Part shown: positions 43,242 to 53,500 of the stretch, in pieces | Layout of the letters: every line of letters begins with the position of its first letter | Numbering within the stretch: position 1 is the first letter of the stretch | DNA from: a virus | Lineage: Duplodnaviria > Caudoviricetes | DNA: 64,000 bases | IMG/VR virus record: IMGVR_UViG_3300021400_000491 | Span: 1-64,000 of that record | Reading direction: 5' to 3' (one strand) | Notes under the pieces: generated by a model | The model's database searches: none | What the model was told of the DNA's origin: nothing | The model's input: the letters and a program-made list of their open reading frames with translations, nothing else | Translations under genes and position numbers: made by a program

Positions 43242-43437
43242 CAAGAAAATAAAAGAGCATTGCGGAAACTGTGTTTCTTTTCTGACTGATGAAGATGATA
43301 AAGGCAATGTTACGGAATTTCACCATGACAGGAATAAAGATTGCGGATTTTGTGCCATGCGGGATTTGTTCTACACGGTGCAAAATGATTCAGAGCCTTG
43401 CGATAGCTGGGTGCATGACGGAGAAAAAGAGGAATGA
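43234..43437 (+). CDS. Small Cys-rich protein
   Basis: CGNCVSF..GFC..PCDSW. Confidence 0.55.
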   Translation: MFDKKIKEHCGNCVSFLTDEDDKGNVTEFHHDRNKDCGFCAMRDLFYTVQNDSEPCDSWVHDGEKEE

Positions 43438-43817
43438 ACAAAAACGAATTCGTAAAAGAGATAAAGAAACTTGATAAATCATGCTTTTATCTTGTGACTG
43501 TAGATGAAAGTTATGATTTTCAGACAATGGCAAATATCGCAGATATACTTGATAAACAGGGTATAAAATCTGTTGTCATGCCTAAAAACATCAACTTCAA
43601 AGAATTGCCTGCAGAAAGCAAAGATGAACTTCTTGAATACATTAAGCGTGAAATCGGAATCAAAGACGGCTTCGATGTTGCGCTTACTCCAGAACAAGAG
43701 CGTTGTAGAAACTGTTTGAATTGGGGCGGCAGGGAATGTACAGCAAAAGGAATTTGCGTAAAAGGCAGCGAGTATGTACAGAGAATCAAATTCAAAAAGG
43801 CGGTTCAGCATGAATAG
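43434..43817 (+). CDS. Hypothetical protein
   Basis: Coupled ORF, C-terminal CRNC..C. Confidence 0.6.
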   Translation: MNKNEFVKEIKKLDKSCFYLVTVDESYDFQTMANIADILDKQGIKSVVMPKNINFKELPAESKDELLEYIKREIGIKDGFDVALTPEQERCRNCLNWGGRECTAKGICVKGSEYVQRIKFKKAVQHE

Positions 43818-44202
43818 CAGATTTGGAAGAGGCTTTTACAAAGGATATGTAAATCTTGATGCATTTCCCTTTAAGAAAAATAAATACGGTAACAGAAAAA
43901 CAACGGTTGAAGGAATTACCTTCGATTCTGCAAAAGAAGCGAATCGTTACCGCGAGCTTAAAATGCTTGAAATTTCGGGGCTGATTTCTGACTTGAAGAT
44001 TCAGCAGCGTTTTGAGATTGTACCGAAAGCGGGCGGGAATAAAAGAGCAAGGTTTTATGTCGCTGATTTCACATATCTGGAAGGTGGAAAGAAAATCATT
44101 GAAGATGTGAAGTCCGAAATAACAAGAAAAAACCCTGTTTATACACTTAAAAAAGCGTTAGTGCTTTGGCAATATCCAGATTGGATATTTCGGGAATCTT
44201 AG
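43810..44202 (+). CDS. DUF1064 PD-(D/E)XK nuclease-like protein
   Basis: NKYGNRKT..GITFDS.KEA.RY..YVADFTY..EDVK. Confidence 0.88.
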   Translation: MNSRFGRGFYKGYVNLDAFPFKKNKYGNRKTTVEGITFDSAKEANRYRELKMLEISGLISDLKIQQRFEIVPKAGGNKRARFYVADFTYLEGGKKIIEDVKSEITRKNPVYTLKKALVLWQYPDWIFRES

Positions 44203-44314
44203 TCATATTTTAGGTGGAAAGTATGAAAAATTTGCAAACTTTGACATAATAGGTTATAAAATAAAAAAGAAAAACCCAACGAAGAAAACATAACGGTGAT
44301 TCTGACCTAGCCGT

Positions 44315-44638
44315 ATGGGGTGGATTATGTCATATTCGTTGGATAAACTTGTAAAATCTCTTGAAAACCGCATACAGAAAATTGACAGCGGTTATATAAA
44401 ACTCGGATTTGAAAGCGGAAAACTTGTAGCCGCTGCACAATACAACAATCCCACAGAAGAAGAAAGAAAATACCCTGTTGTCAAAGAGGGCTTTTCACTT
44501 GCGGAAGAACTGAAAGAAGCAAGCGTAAGCACTTTTTACGGCACTTTGGGCTTTGTCTTTTCTGGAAAGAAAATCACAAATTGCTATAAATCTCAATCAT
44601 GGAAAGGCTCAACTTTGGAGCTTTTTATCGGGGGCTGA
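44315..44638 (+). CDS. Hypothetical protein
   Basis: Downstream of TTGCAA(44232)-17-TATAAA promoter-like site. Confidence 0.6.
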   Translation: MGWIMSYSLDKLVKSLENRIQKIDSGYIKLGFESGKLVAAAQYNNPTEEERKYPVVKEGFSLAEELKEASVSTFYGTLGFVFSGKKITNCYKSQSWKGSTLELFIGG

Positions 44639-44640
44639 TT

Positions 44641-44826
44641 ATGCAATTATGCCCGAAATGCAGAAAAGAAATCAGATATATTCCTGTCAATTTTGATGAA
44701 GTTGTTATGTGTGAAGCTGATGTAACAACAATCTACACAGAGCGTGGGCGGTGTGTGGAAGGGTATCAACCGCATAAATGCAAGGAGCTGAACAATGCCA
44801 AGAGCGAAGAAAACAACAACGGCTGA
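44641..44826 (+). CDS. Small Zn-binding hypothetical protein
   Basis: CPKC..GY.PH.C. Confidence 0.55.
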   Translation: MQLCPKCRKEIRYIPVNFDEVVMCEADVTTIYTERGRCVEGYQPHKCKELNNAKSEENNNG

Positions 44827-45562
44827 AAAAGAACAGAAAGAAAAAAAGCCTCGCAAACCGACAAAGAAAACAATTCCGGCAGAAGGTGAGCCGACAAACT
44901 TAGACATTGATTTGAACTCTTTTGATTGGGGCGAAGATTGCAAGCTGAACGACAGACAGAAGTATTTTGTTATCTGGTTCACATATCCAGGAAGGACATA
45001 TCACAACGCTATGCAATCTGCAATAAAAGCAGGATATACCAAAAAGACGGCTAATGTTTTGTCGCCCGCCATACGAAGAAACCCGGAAATTTCCGCACTC
45101 ATTAAAAAGTTTGATGATATGTATGTCAGAGAATCGCTTGATGATTTCTACCACCGGGCAATAACTGACAAGATTGCAAGAGCGACTTTTGATGTAAACG
45201 ATTTTCACGAAGTCAAGAAATACACGGACAAGGACGGCAACGAAAGGGAGTATTTAAGCATTAAAGACCCTTCGACACTTACGCCGGAGCAGAGAAAGTG
45301 TATTGACGGTGTAAAGTTCAACAATAACGGAACGCCAAGCTATGAATTCGCAAACAGAACGCACGAAATGGAAGTTTTGATGAAGCTGCACGAAATGGCA
45401 AGCGGCGAGAAGAAAAACACAGAGAGCGAAATGGAATTGACCATTGAGCAGATAAAAGACAAAGTGACCGCAAAGCTGAAAGTCATTCAGAAAAAGGACG
45501 AAGAAGAAGAGCTTGCGGGTAAATACATTGACGAGCCGGACAATTTGCTAGAGGAAGCGTAA
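44795..45562 (+). CDS. terS: Terminase small subunit
   Basis: LNDRQKYF..NAMQSAIKAGY; directly before large subunit. Confidence 0.85.
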   Translation: MPRAKKTTTAEKEQKEKKPRKPTKKTIPAEGEPTNLDIDLNSFDWGEDCKLNDRQKYFVIWFTYPGRTYHNAMQSAIKAGYTKKTANVLSPAIRRNPEISALIKKFDDMYVRESLDDFYHRAITDKIARATFDVNDFHEVKKYTDKDGNEREYLSIKDPSTLTPEQRKCIDGVKFNNNGTPSYEFANRTHEMEVLMKLHEMASGEKKNTESEMELTIEQIKDKVTAKLKVIQKKDEEEELAGKYIDEPDNLLEEA

Positions 45563-47215
45563 ATGTTTACACCCGATGAAAGATTGCGGTTTTGTTACAC
45601 CTTTATGAAGTTCAATGAGCGTGATATTGATTTAGACTTCTGGCAAAACCGCTATATCCGCAGTATGTCAAGATTCTCTATTCTGGTAAAATCACGCCGT
45701 ACAGGTTTTTCTTTTGTGACTTCCATGAAGGGAGTTGTCAAAGCGATAGACCCGGATAGAGTAGCATATACAAAGCAGTTTGTTTCTTACAACGAATCGG
45801 ACGCGGTAGAAAAAATAAACTATGCCGCGCAATTCTATGAATCTCTTCCGGGAAATGTACGGAAAGTATGCAAGACAAACAACAAGACAGAACTTGATTT
45901 TCTTGACAAAAACGGAAAGACAATAAGCCGTCTTATCTCTATTCCTTGTCGCCCGCCTCGCGGAAAGGGAGGCGATATTGCCCTTGATGAATATGCGATT
46001 TATTTACCGAAAATGTCAGACGCAGTTTATACGGCTGCATTACCTGTAATTTCTCGTGGTGGTTGTATCGAAATGGGAAGCTCACCACTCGGAAAAATCG
46101 GCAAGTTTTATGAAATCTATTCTGACAAAGAAACATATAAGAGTTACGAACGCTATAACATTCCGTGGTGGTTCTCTTCTGGCTTGTGTGTTGATGTTCC
46201 AATGGCGGTAAAGATTGCGCCGGAAATGACAACAGAAGAGCGTGTTTTCACTTTTGGTACTGACATCATCAAAGAGATTTACAACTCTATGGAGCTGGAA
46301 AAGTTTCAGCAGGAATATGAATGTCGGTTCATTGATGAAGCTGCAAGTTATATCCCGCTTGAATTGATTTATGAAAACACTCCCGGACGCGATAACGAAG
46401 AAAAACTTATCGAAATGAGTAAAGATGAATCAATCACCGATGAAGAGTATTGGGAATACAACAGGGGCGTTGATTTTCAAGCGTACACTTCGGAAGATGA
46501 AGCGATTCTGCAATACAACAAAGAAATGCACGGTTCACCTTTATTTCTGGGCTTCGATGTTGCAAAACATCGGGATGCTATGTCTATTTATTTAATCGGT
46601 ATGAAGGGCGACAAAAAAAGAAGTTTTGCCCGGATTGAAAGAAAAGGCATGAGCTATGAGCAGCAGGGAGATATTGCCGAAAAGCTCTTTAGAGAATTAC
46701 CGATTTACCGTGGCGCAATCGACCGAACAGGTAGCGGCGATGGCGTTTATGAGCGGCTCTACAAGAAATTCGGGGATAAAATAGATGGTGTATATTTCAC
46801 TCCACAAATGAAAGAACAGCTTGCAATCGAAGCAAAAAGGGGATTGGAACAACACGAATTCGCACTTGAAAACAACAAAGATTTTCACTCACAGATTCAC
46901 AGTATTAAGCGCATGGACGCTGTAGGAAAGTATTTCAGATATGACGCAGAGCGAAACGAGAAAGGTCATGCAGATAGTTTCTGGGCATGGGCTTTAGCGA
47001 ACTTTGCGAGCATGGACGCTAAAAAAATATCGTTCTACAAACAATATGCTAGTCAAAAAAGCAATACTGTGGTACAATCGGTAGTAGATTCTACGATAAA
47101 TCGCACAGAAAACGAAGTAAAACCCATCGAAAAACGCGCCGAAGCTCTGACCCATAAGCGCGGAAAATCGCTTGATAGCGTTATGCGGGGTTTTACAAAT
47201 GCTTGGAATAAATAA
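45563..47215 (+). CDS. terL: Terminase large subunit
   Basis: KSRRTGFS, LDEYA, SSPLG, FQQEYECRF, LGFDVAK, HADSFWA. Confidence 0.95.
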   Translation: MFTPDERLRFCYTFMKFNERDIDLDFWQNRYIRSMSRFSILVKSRRTGFSFVTSMKGVVKAIDPDRVAYTKQFVSYNESDAVEKINYAAQFYESLPGNVRKVCKTNNKTELDFLDKNGKTISRLISIPCRPPRGKGGDIALDEYAIYLPKMSDAVYTAALPVISRGGCIEMGSSPLGKIGKFYEIYSDKETYKSYERYNIPWWFSSGLCVDVPMAVKIAPEMTTEERVFTFGTDIIKEIYNSMELEKFQQEYECRFIDEAASYIPLELIYENTPGRDNEEKLIEMSKDESITDEEYWEYNRGVDFQAYTSEDEAILQYNKEMHGSPLFLGFDVAKHRDAMSIYLIGMKGDKKRSFARIERKGMSYEQQGDIAEKLFRELPIYRGAIDRTGSGDGVYERLYKKFGDKIDGVYFTPQMKEQLAIEAKRGLEQHEFALENNKDFHSQIHSIKRMDAVGKYFRYDAERNEKGHADSFWAWALANFASMDAKKISFYKQYASQKSNTVVQSVVDSTINRTENEVKPIEKRAEALTHKRGKSLDSVMRGFTNAWNK

Positions 47216-48824
47216 ACCTACTCCCATAAACATTAAGAAAGAAGTTGCAAGGCGAGCCGAATTTGACAAAATGGGGCTGGGGCTGGGCGAAGGTTCTTTC
47301 TTCAATGACAACGGCAGACTACACGGCGCAAGTTCTTCATTCTTTGACCCATTCACAGTATCAGACACTTCAATCGCAGGATTACGATGTGTAAGCCGGG
47401 CAATGAACGGCTCTGTAAGTGCAAGCGTTTTACGCAGAATTGCAGATAAAGCATGGGTTATAAACATCTGTATCAACAACATTCAGAAAAAAGTTAAACC
47501 GTTTTTGAAACCTTCTACCGACCGCAACATTCGCGGTTTCGTAATCCTCAAAAAAGGCGAGGAACTCGGAAAAGCCGCCGGACAGAAAAGCGCAAAGCGA
47601 AAAGAAATCGAAGATTTCATAGTTCATACAGGAAACTACAAAGATACCGACCGTGACACTCTTACAGTGTTTTCAGAAAAGATTATCCGGGATTGGCTGA
47701 CGATTGCACAGGCAAGTACAGAAATGCAGTACAATGTGGCAGGACAGCCGATAGCATTTTTTGCCGTGGATTCCGGCACAATCGAGCGTGTTTTGCCGAA
47801 TTCGGAACACCCGGAATTCAAATATGCGCAGGTAATACACGGTATGGCGCGGGTAGCATACACTGACAAGGAAATGATTGTTCAGATTGCAAATCCGCAG
47901 ACTGATATTTACCGCTCATTCTATGGACACTCACCAATCGAACAGGCAATAGACCTTATTGCAAGCGAAATCAACACAATCACATATAATGCCGGAGCAT
48001 TTACAGAAAACAAATTGCCGCGCGGTATGCTTCTTGTTGACGGTGATTTGGATTATGAATCAACGGAAGAAATGGTTGATTATGTTTCTGAAATTATGAA
48101 CGGAAGCCCGGCTAATCAGTGGCGAGTGCCTATCATTCCTTCTGGTGGCGGAAAAGAGGGCGGAAACAATTCTATCAAGTGGGTACAGCTTGGCGGAAAT
48201 AACCGCGATATGGAATTCTCAAATTGGCTCGACTTCCTTGTTTCAAATGTCGTAGCCCTTTTTGGTTGCAGCATGGAAGAGCTGGGGCTTCATTCGCAGA
48301 AGTCACAGGCAATGTTTGAGCGTGAAGGAAAGACACGAATTGAGCAGGCAAAATCTACAATTCTTGGCGATACTCTCTCTTTCTTGCAAGATTACATCAA
48401 CCGTATTCTTGATATTGCATACCCAGATTATGAGCTTGAATTCGTAGGGTACGAAAAAGACGACCCTAAAGCAATCGTTGACATTGATAAATCAGAAGTC
48501 GAAGCATACAAGACTTTGAACGAAAAGCGCGAAGAAAAGGGCATGAAAAAACTTGATGCCGAATGGGCTGACATTCCGCTTAATCCGCAAGCCGTGCAGC
48601 TTTTCCAGAGCGCACAGGCACAACAGCAGCAGGGCGGAGATATGGGCGGCTCTGATGATGATTCATGGGGCGATTATCAAGGCGCAATTATGGGTGACGA
48701 TGCCGAAGCTGGCGACTTTGGAAGTGAAGGAAATGCAGAAGAGCCTGCAGAAGAAAACGGCGGGGAAGAAATGCAGAAGTCACTTCTTGAAAGAACAAGG
48801 GAACTTGTGAGAATCCGAATATGA
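47199..48824 (+). CDS. Portal protein
   Basis: FYGHSPIEQA, FTENKLPRG, RDMEF; follows terminase. Confidence 0.88.
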   Translation: MLGINKPTPINIKKEVARRAEFDKMGLGLGEGSFFNDNGRLHGASSSFFDPFTVSDTSIAGLRCVSRAMNGSVSASVLRRIADKAWVINICINNIQKKVKPFLKPSTDRNIRGFVILKKGEELGKAAGQKSAKRKEIEDFIVHTGNYKDTDRDTLTVFSEKIIRDWLTIAQASTEMQYNVAGQPIAFFAVDSGTIERVLPNSEHPEFKYAQVIHGMARVAYTDKEMIVQIANPQTDIYRSFYGHSPIEQAIDLIASEINTITYNAGAFTENKLPRGMLLVDGDLDYESTEEMVDYVSEIMNGSPANQWRVPIIPSGGGKEGGNNSIKWVQLGGNNRDMEFSNWLDFLVSNVVALFGCSMEELGLHSQKSQAMFEREGKTRIEQAKSTILGDTLSFLQDYINRILDIAYPDYELEFVGYEKDDPKAIVDIDKSEVEAYKTLNEKREEKGMKKLDAEWADIPLNPQAVQLFQSAQAQQQQGGDMGGSDDDSWGDYQGAIMGDDAEAGDFGSEGNAEEPAEENGGEEMQKSLLERTRELVRIRI

Positions 48825-50500
48825 ACAAAACCGTAGTATTGGAATTCACAAACATTACACCTCAAAATTGCCGCTACAAGTTTGAAAAGGCGATTCACGC
48901 AGTTTCTAAACAACTCGGAATTCCTGTTTCTGTCGAAAAGCAGAATACAGAACATACAGGAGAGGCTTTTGCTTTTTCTTCGCAGGAGCAATTAACCTAT
49001 AAGTGGTATGACTATTTCAATAACGCAATCAAAGAAGTTTATTATTTTGTCGCTGATTATTTTGATTTACCGATTCAGAATGTACTTCAAAAAGCCGGGG
49101 AACTTATTCACAGAGGGCAGATTCTTTACTCACCCGAAACAGGAAAGCCGATTAAAAAGGCTGATTGGGATAGATTTGTAAAGGCTCTTGAAAAGATTCT
49201 CAATCAGAAATTCAACGGCAGCGGAGAAAAGATTGTACTTGAAAGCAAGGCGTTAGGAAAACTTCTTGACCGTATGCTTAAATACAATAAGTTGCCGGAA
49301 GTAAAAGACATCAGCCTTTCAGACATAAGATATTCAAACAAAACTTTTGACTACATCGCCGAAAGCACAAAGACCGCTGAAAAAGTTTTCGGGGCAATGG
49401 ATAATACCCGGATAGAGCTTATTCAGCAGAGCGCGGCAGAAAGAATATCGGGAATGACTGACGAACTCAAAACCGAAGTAAAGCAGACCCTTATTGACGG
49501 CATAAAGTCACGCAAGGGAAAGCAGCAGATTTCACAAGACCTGTTCAACAGACTTTCCGGCACAAACAGAGATTTCCGAAAAATTGCCGACACAGAGATT
49601 CAGAACAACATAAACAATTCATTCATTGAAGAAGAAGTGTCTAACGCCGAGGCGGGGGAAAAAGTCTACTTTCAGCGCATGGAGATTGTAGACGGCGCAA
49701 CTTGTCCTTTCTGCAAGAAGATGAACGGAGTAATTGCCGTATGGAGCGAAACACCACTTTCAAACGACAAGGTAGACGGCGACCCATACGCAACAGTAGC
49801 ACTCTGGGAAGGTAAGGATTGGAACGGACAAAAGAACTATGTCGCAAACGGAGCTTTTCACCCTTATTGCCGGGGAATCTGGACTAGGTGGAATTCACGC
49901 ATTAACGCATATTCCGCAATGCTCAAAAAGCGTAGTGAGGATTACAACAAGGCAATAGACAAAGCCCGCGAGGAATGGAAAGCAAAGGGAATCGAAAACC
50001 CGAACGACAAAACACCGGGATATATCGACCGTATCAATGAATTGTACAACGGCACTATTCAGAAATCACTCACTTGGAGCGGTCACGAATTGCAGGACAG
50101 ATACAATTTTGCGGGGCTGAAAATCTCGGTAGAGAACAAGAAGGGAAGCACCCGAAGCGGAAAAGACAAAGACGGTCATGAGTGGCACACATTCATGCAC
50201 TATGACTATGGCTATATACGAGGTACGGAAGGAACTGACGGCGACCATGTAGATTGCTATATAGGCGATAACGAGGACGCAAAGAATGTTTACATCATTC
50301 ATCAGAACGACCCTGTAACAAACAAGTATGATGAAGATAAATGTATGCTTGGTTTTGATTCTCTTGAATCTGCAAAGGCTGCATACCTCAAACAGTATGA
50401 CAGACCGGGATTTTTAGGAAGCATTACCACAATGAGCATTGACGAATTCAAAGATTATGTACTTGCAAAAGAAAATCACGGAGAGCGAATTCAACCTTGA
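48821..50500 (+). CDS. MuF/gp7-like head morphogenesis protein fused to inorganic pyrophosphatase-like domain
   Basis: IADTE..CPFC..HPYCRG (MuF); ISVEN.KGS.RSG..YDYGYIRGT.G.DGDHVDCY..DEDKCMLGF (InPase). Confidence 0.85.
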   Translation: MNKTVVLEFTNITPQNCRYKFEKAIHAVSKQLGIPVSVEKQNTEHTGEAFAFSSQEQLTYKWYDYFNNAIKEVYYFVADYFDLPIQNVLQKAGELIHRGQILYSPETGKPIKKADWDRFVKALEKILNQKFNGSGEKIVLESKALGKLLDRMLKYNKLPEVKDISLSDIRYSNKTFDYIAESTKTAEKVFGAMDNTRIELIQQSAAERISGMTDELKTEVKQTLIDGIKSRKGKQQISQDLFNRLSGTNRDFRKIADTEIQNNINNSFIEEEVSNAEAGEKVYFQRMEIVDGATCPFCKKMNGVIAVWSETPLSNDKVDGDPYATVALWEGKDWNGQKNYVANGAFHPYCRGIWTRWNSRINAYSAMLKKRSEDYNKAIDKAREEWKAKGIENPNDKTPGYIDRINELYNGTIQKSLTWSGHELQDRYNFAGLKISVENKKGSTRSGKDKDGHEWHTFMHYDYGYIRGTEGTDGDHVDCYIGDNEDAKNVYIIHQNDPVTNKYDEDKCMLGFDSLESAKAAYLKQYDRPGFLGSITTMSIDEFKDYVLAKENHGERIQP

Positions 50501-50569
50501 TTTTTTAGGTTGATTTAGGAAAAAACACCGAATTTGAGCAAATTTGCACAAACATTAAGGAGATATAAA

Positions 50570-53500
50570 ATGCTGATAATCAACAAAGAAAAGTTTGCAG
50601 AGATTCTTAAATCTGCTCTTGGTTCACAGAAAGGCGACCACGATTACATCTACCGTGTACCGATTGCAGAGAAACATAGTGGAAAGTCTGTTAGAAGGTA
50701 TAAATATTTATACGCTTGGGAACAGATTAAAAAGCCTTTTGAAAAGCTGGCAGAGTTTTTCGGAATCAACGAAAAACAGGTTGATGAAATGTATGCGAAA
50801 GAAAACATACAGAAAGATTTTAATGCCGACAAAAAGACTTTTGCGCAGCACCTTGTTGAATACTTCTCACATCGCAAACAGTGGGACGACCGATTTGCAC
50901 CAAAAGAGAATCAGCAGAAATTCAATAAGCCTGTAAAAATGGCGACATTCAAAGAAAACGCCGATGTACTCTCAAAGGACATGGAAACACCCGCACCAGA
51001 GAATGACGAGCCGTCTTTATTCAGCGACAAGGAACTTAAAAAACTTGGGGCAAAAGATAAAGGCGAGTGGAAAGCAAACCCTTATTTAATGCGCCGTATC
51101 TGGGGAATGTTTACAGGAAAGACAATTCAGCAGCAGGAAAAACAGGAACAGGCAGCAGAAAAGAAAGTTGCTGATGAATCGGCAAAGAAAGAAGAGCAGA
51201 AGAAACTCATTGCGGAATTTGCTGAAAAGCATAACCTTGACCCAAAGAAAGTTGAAGCCGGAATGAAACAGGCTTTCAAAGAACTTGATAACATCGGGAA
51301 GAAAACCGAAAAGAAGCCGACAAAAGCGCAGCTTCTTAAAGATGTTATCAAGCCGCAGTTGTTTGATTTGGGAATTATCCCACATTCACAGATTGAAGCG
51401 ACAAACACAGAGCAGATTGACAATGTACAGGCACTTCTTGAAACAATCGCAACAATGCCGAAGATGTACGAGGGCGACCATACGGCAAGGCTGCATTACT
51501 TTGTCGGCGGTATGGATTACTACATTACAGAGCTTGGCGACGATGGCGTAGGCTATGGTTATGTAGACAACAACGGCGACCCAATGACTAGCGAATGGGG
51601 ATATGTAGACCTTAAAGAGCTTGCTTCTGCAGGCGACATGAAGGGCTTGAATATTGACTATTTCTTCACTCCAAAACTTGTAGGCGACCTTATCAAAGAG
51701 AGCGGACACCGCGAACTTGCCGAAGAGTACGAAGATACTTACGGCGAAGAAGAAGCCGAAATGAAAGAAAAGGTAGAGGACAAGAAGCCTGCTGCACCTA
51801 AAAAAGTAGATTGGTATGAGGCTTTTGCTGGCTCATGGAATACTTTCTACCCAACAGGTACAGGAATGAAGCCTTATATCAACATTTCAAGAAAAGGCGC
51901 AAGAGGTGAGAAAATCGGAGAATCGAAAAGGGCAAATTCAAAAACAGATTTAAGCGGACTTTTTGACGGAGTAAACGATTTTGTTTTCAATACTGAATAC
52001 ATCGGGGAAAAATCAAGACAGAACTTTATCGAAAGACTTGCTGATTTGGGATTCCATGCGCAAAAAGAGTACACGGACGAAAAAGGCAATACAAAGTATA
52101 TGCTTATGATTCGTGACGGCTCAAAAGCCGGACTTGTCGAAATGATTCCGAATTCTGATTACAAGAAAAAAGAATACACCGTTATTACTCACGATGAAGC
52201 CGGAAACGAAACCGATAAGCAGGTATTCAGCGACATTGACAGCGCACAGGCTTTCATGGATAAGCAGAGAAAAGCACTTGAAGCCGGGGAAAGTGAAGCG
52301 GAGAAACACGAAAACCGCAGTAATGCAATGCTCGGAAATCAGAACGCAAAGAAATTCGGTATGCCGGAAGATGTTTACGAAATCATGCGAAACATGGTGA
52401 GTGAACAGGTAAACGGACAGGGAATAAAAAATCGTCAAATACTGTTTGAAAAACTGTATAAAAAAGACGATTATTTTAGAAAGAAACTTGATATGTACGG
52501 TGGTACAAGCAATGAAGAAATCACAGGCTATAAACGGTCTGATATTTTCAATGCTCTGTATGATGATGTAACAGGAGGCGAACATGGAGAAGATAACTCT
52601 GGAATTGGACGAAATGGACTTTCCGCAGGTACTAGCGACTTACGGAGCGGAACAGGCGAAGGAAATGGCAATAGCGATGTGTCTGAAACAGAATCAGCCA
52701 TTGACGGAAACGAATTTGTACAGCAACCTCGCGAATCTGGAATCGGACTTGGAGAGCGAAGTTCTGACAATGGACGAAACGGAGCAGGAAGCGGACGAGT
52801 AACAAAAGCGACCGCAAAACAAATCCGCGCAAAATGTCTTGAACTTCTCGCAACAAAGAAAGATTCTGAAATGACCGCAGAAGATAAGGCACTTCTCGCA
52901 CAATATGAAGGTGGCGGCGGATTAAATGAGGGCGGGCAGTCTACAAAAGCTGTACTCACTGAATTCTACACTCCTAGAGATGTAATCTCTAAGGTGTGGG
53001 AGCTTGTAGACAAATACAATCCGAATCAGAAGAAAAAAGTCTTAGAGCCGTCTAGCGGTATTGGACGCTTTGCAGAAGGAAGAAACGAAGATTTCACGCT
53101 TTGCGAACTTGACGAAACAAGCGCACGAATTGCCGGAATTCTTCACCCGGATTCAGAAGTAAAGCAGGGGGCATTTCAAAAGCTCTTCATGCAGAATAAC
53201 GCCGTAACAGGCTACAAAGGCGAACTGTACGATGTCGCAATCGGAAACCCGCCGTATGGAGCTTATAACGACCTTTACAAAGGCATGGGAGAAGGAAAAC
53301 ACCACACACGCTATGAAGAATACTTTATTGACCGCTCTCTTGATACTCTCAAAGACGGTGGTATTCTTGCTTTTGTCGTTCCTTCTTCATTCTTGCGGGG
53401 CAAAAACGGCAAGGGAAAAGAAGCGATTGCAAAGAAAGGAAAGCTGCTCGAAGCGTGGCGACTTCCAAAAGGTACATTCAGCAGTACAGATGTTGGAACA

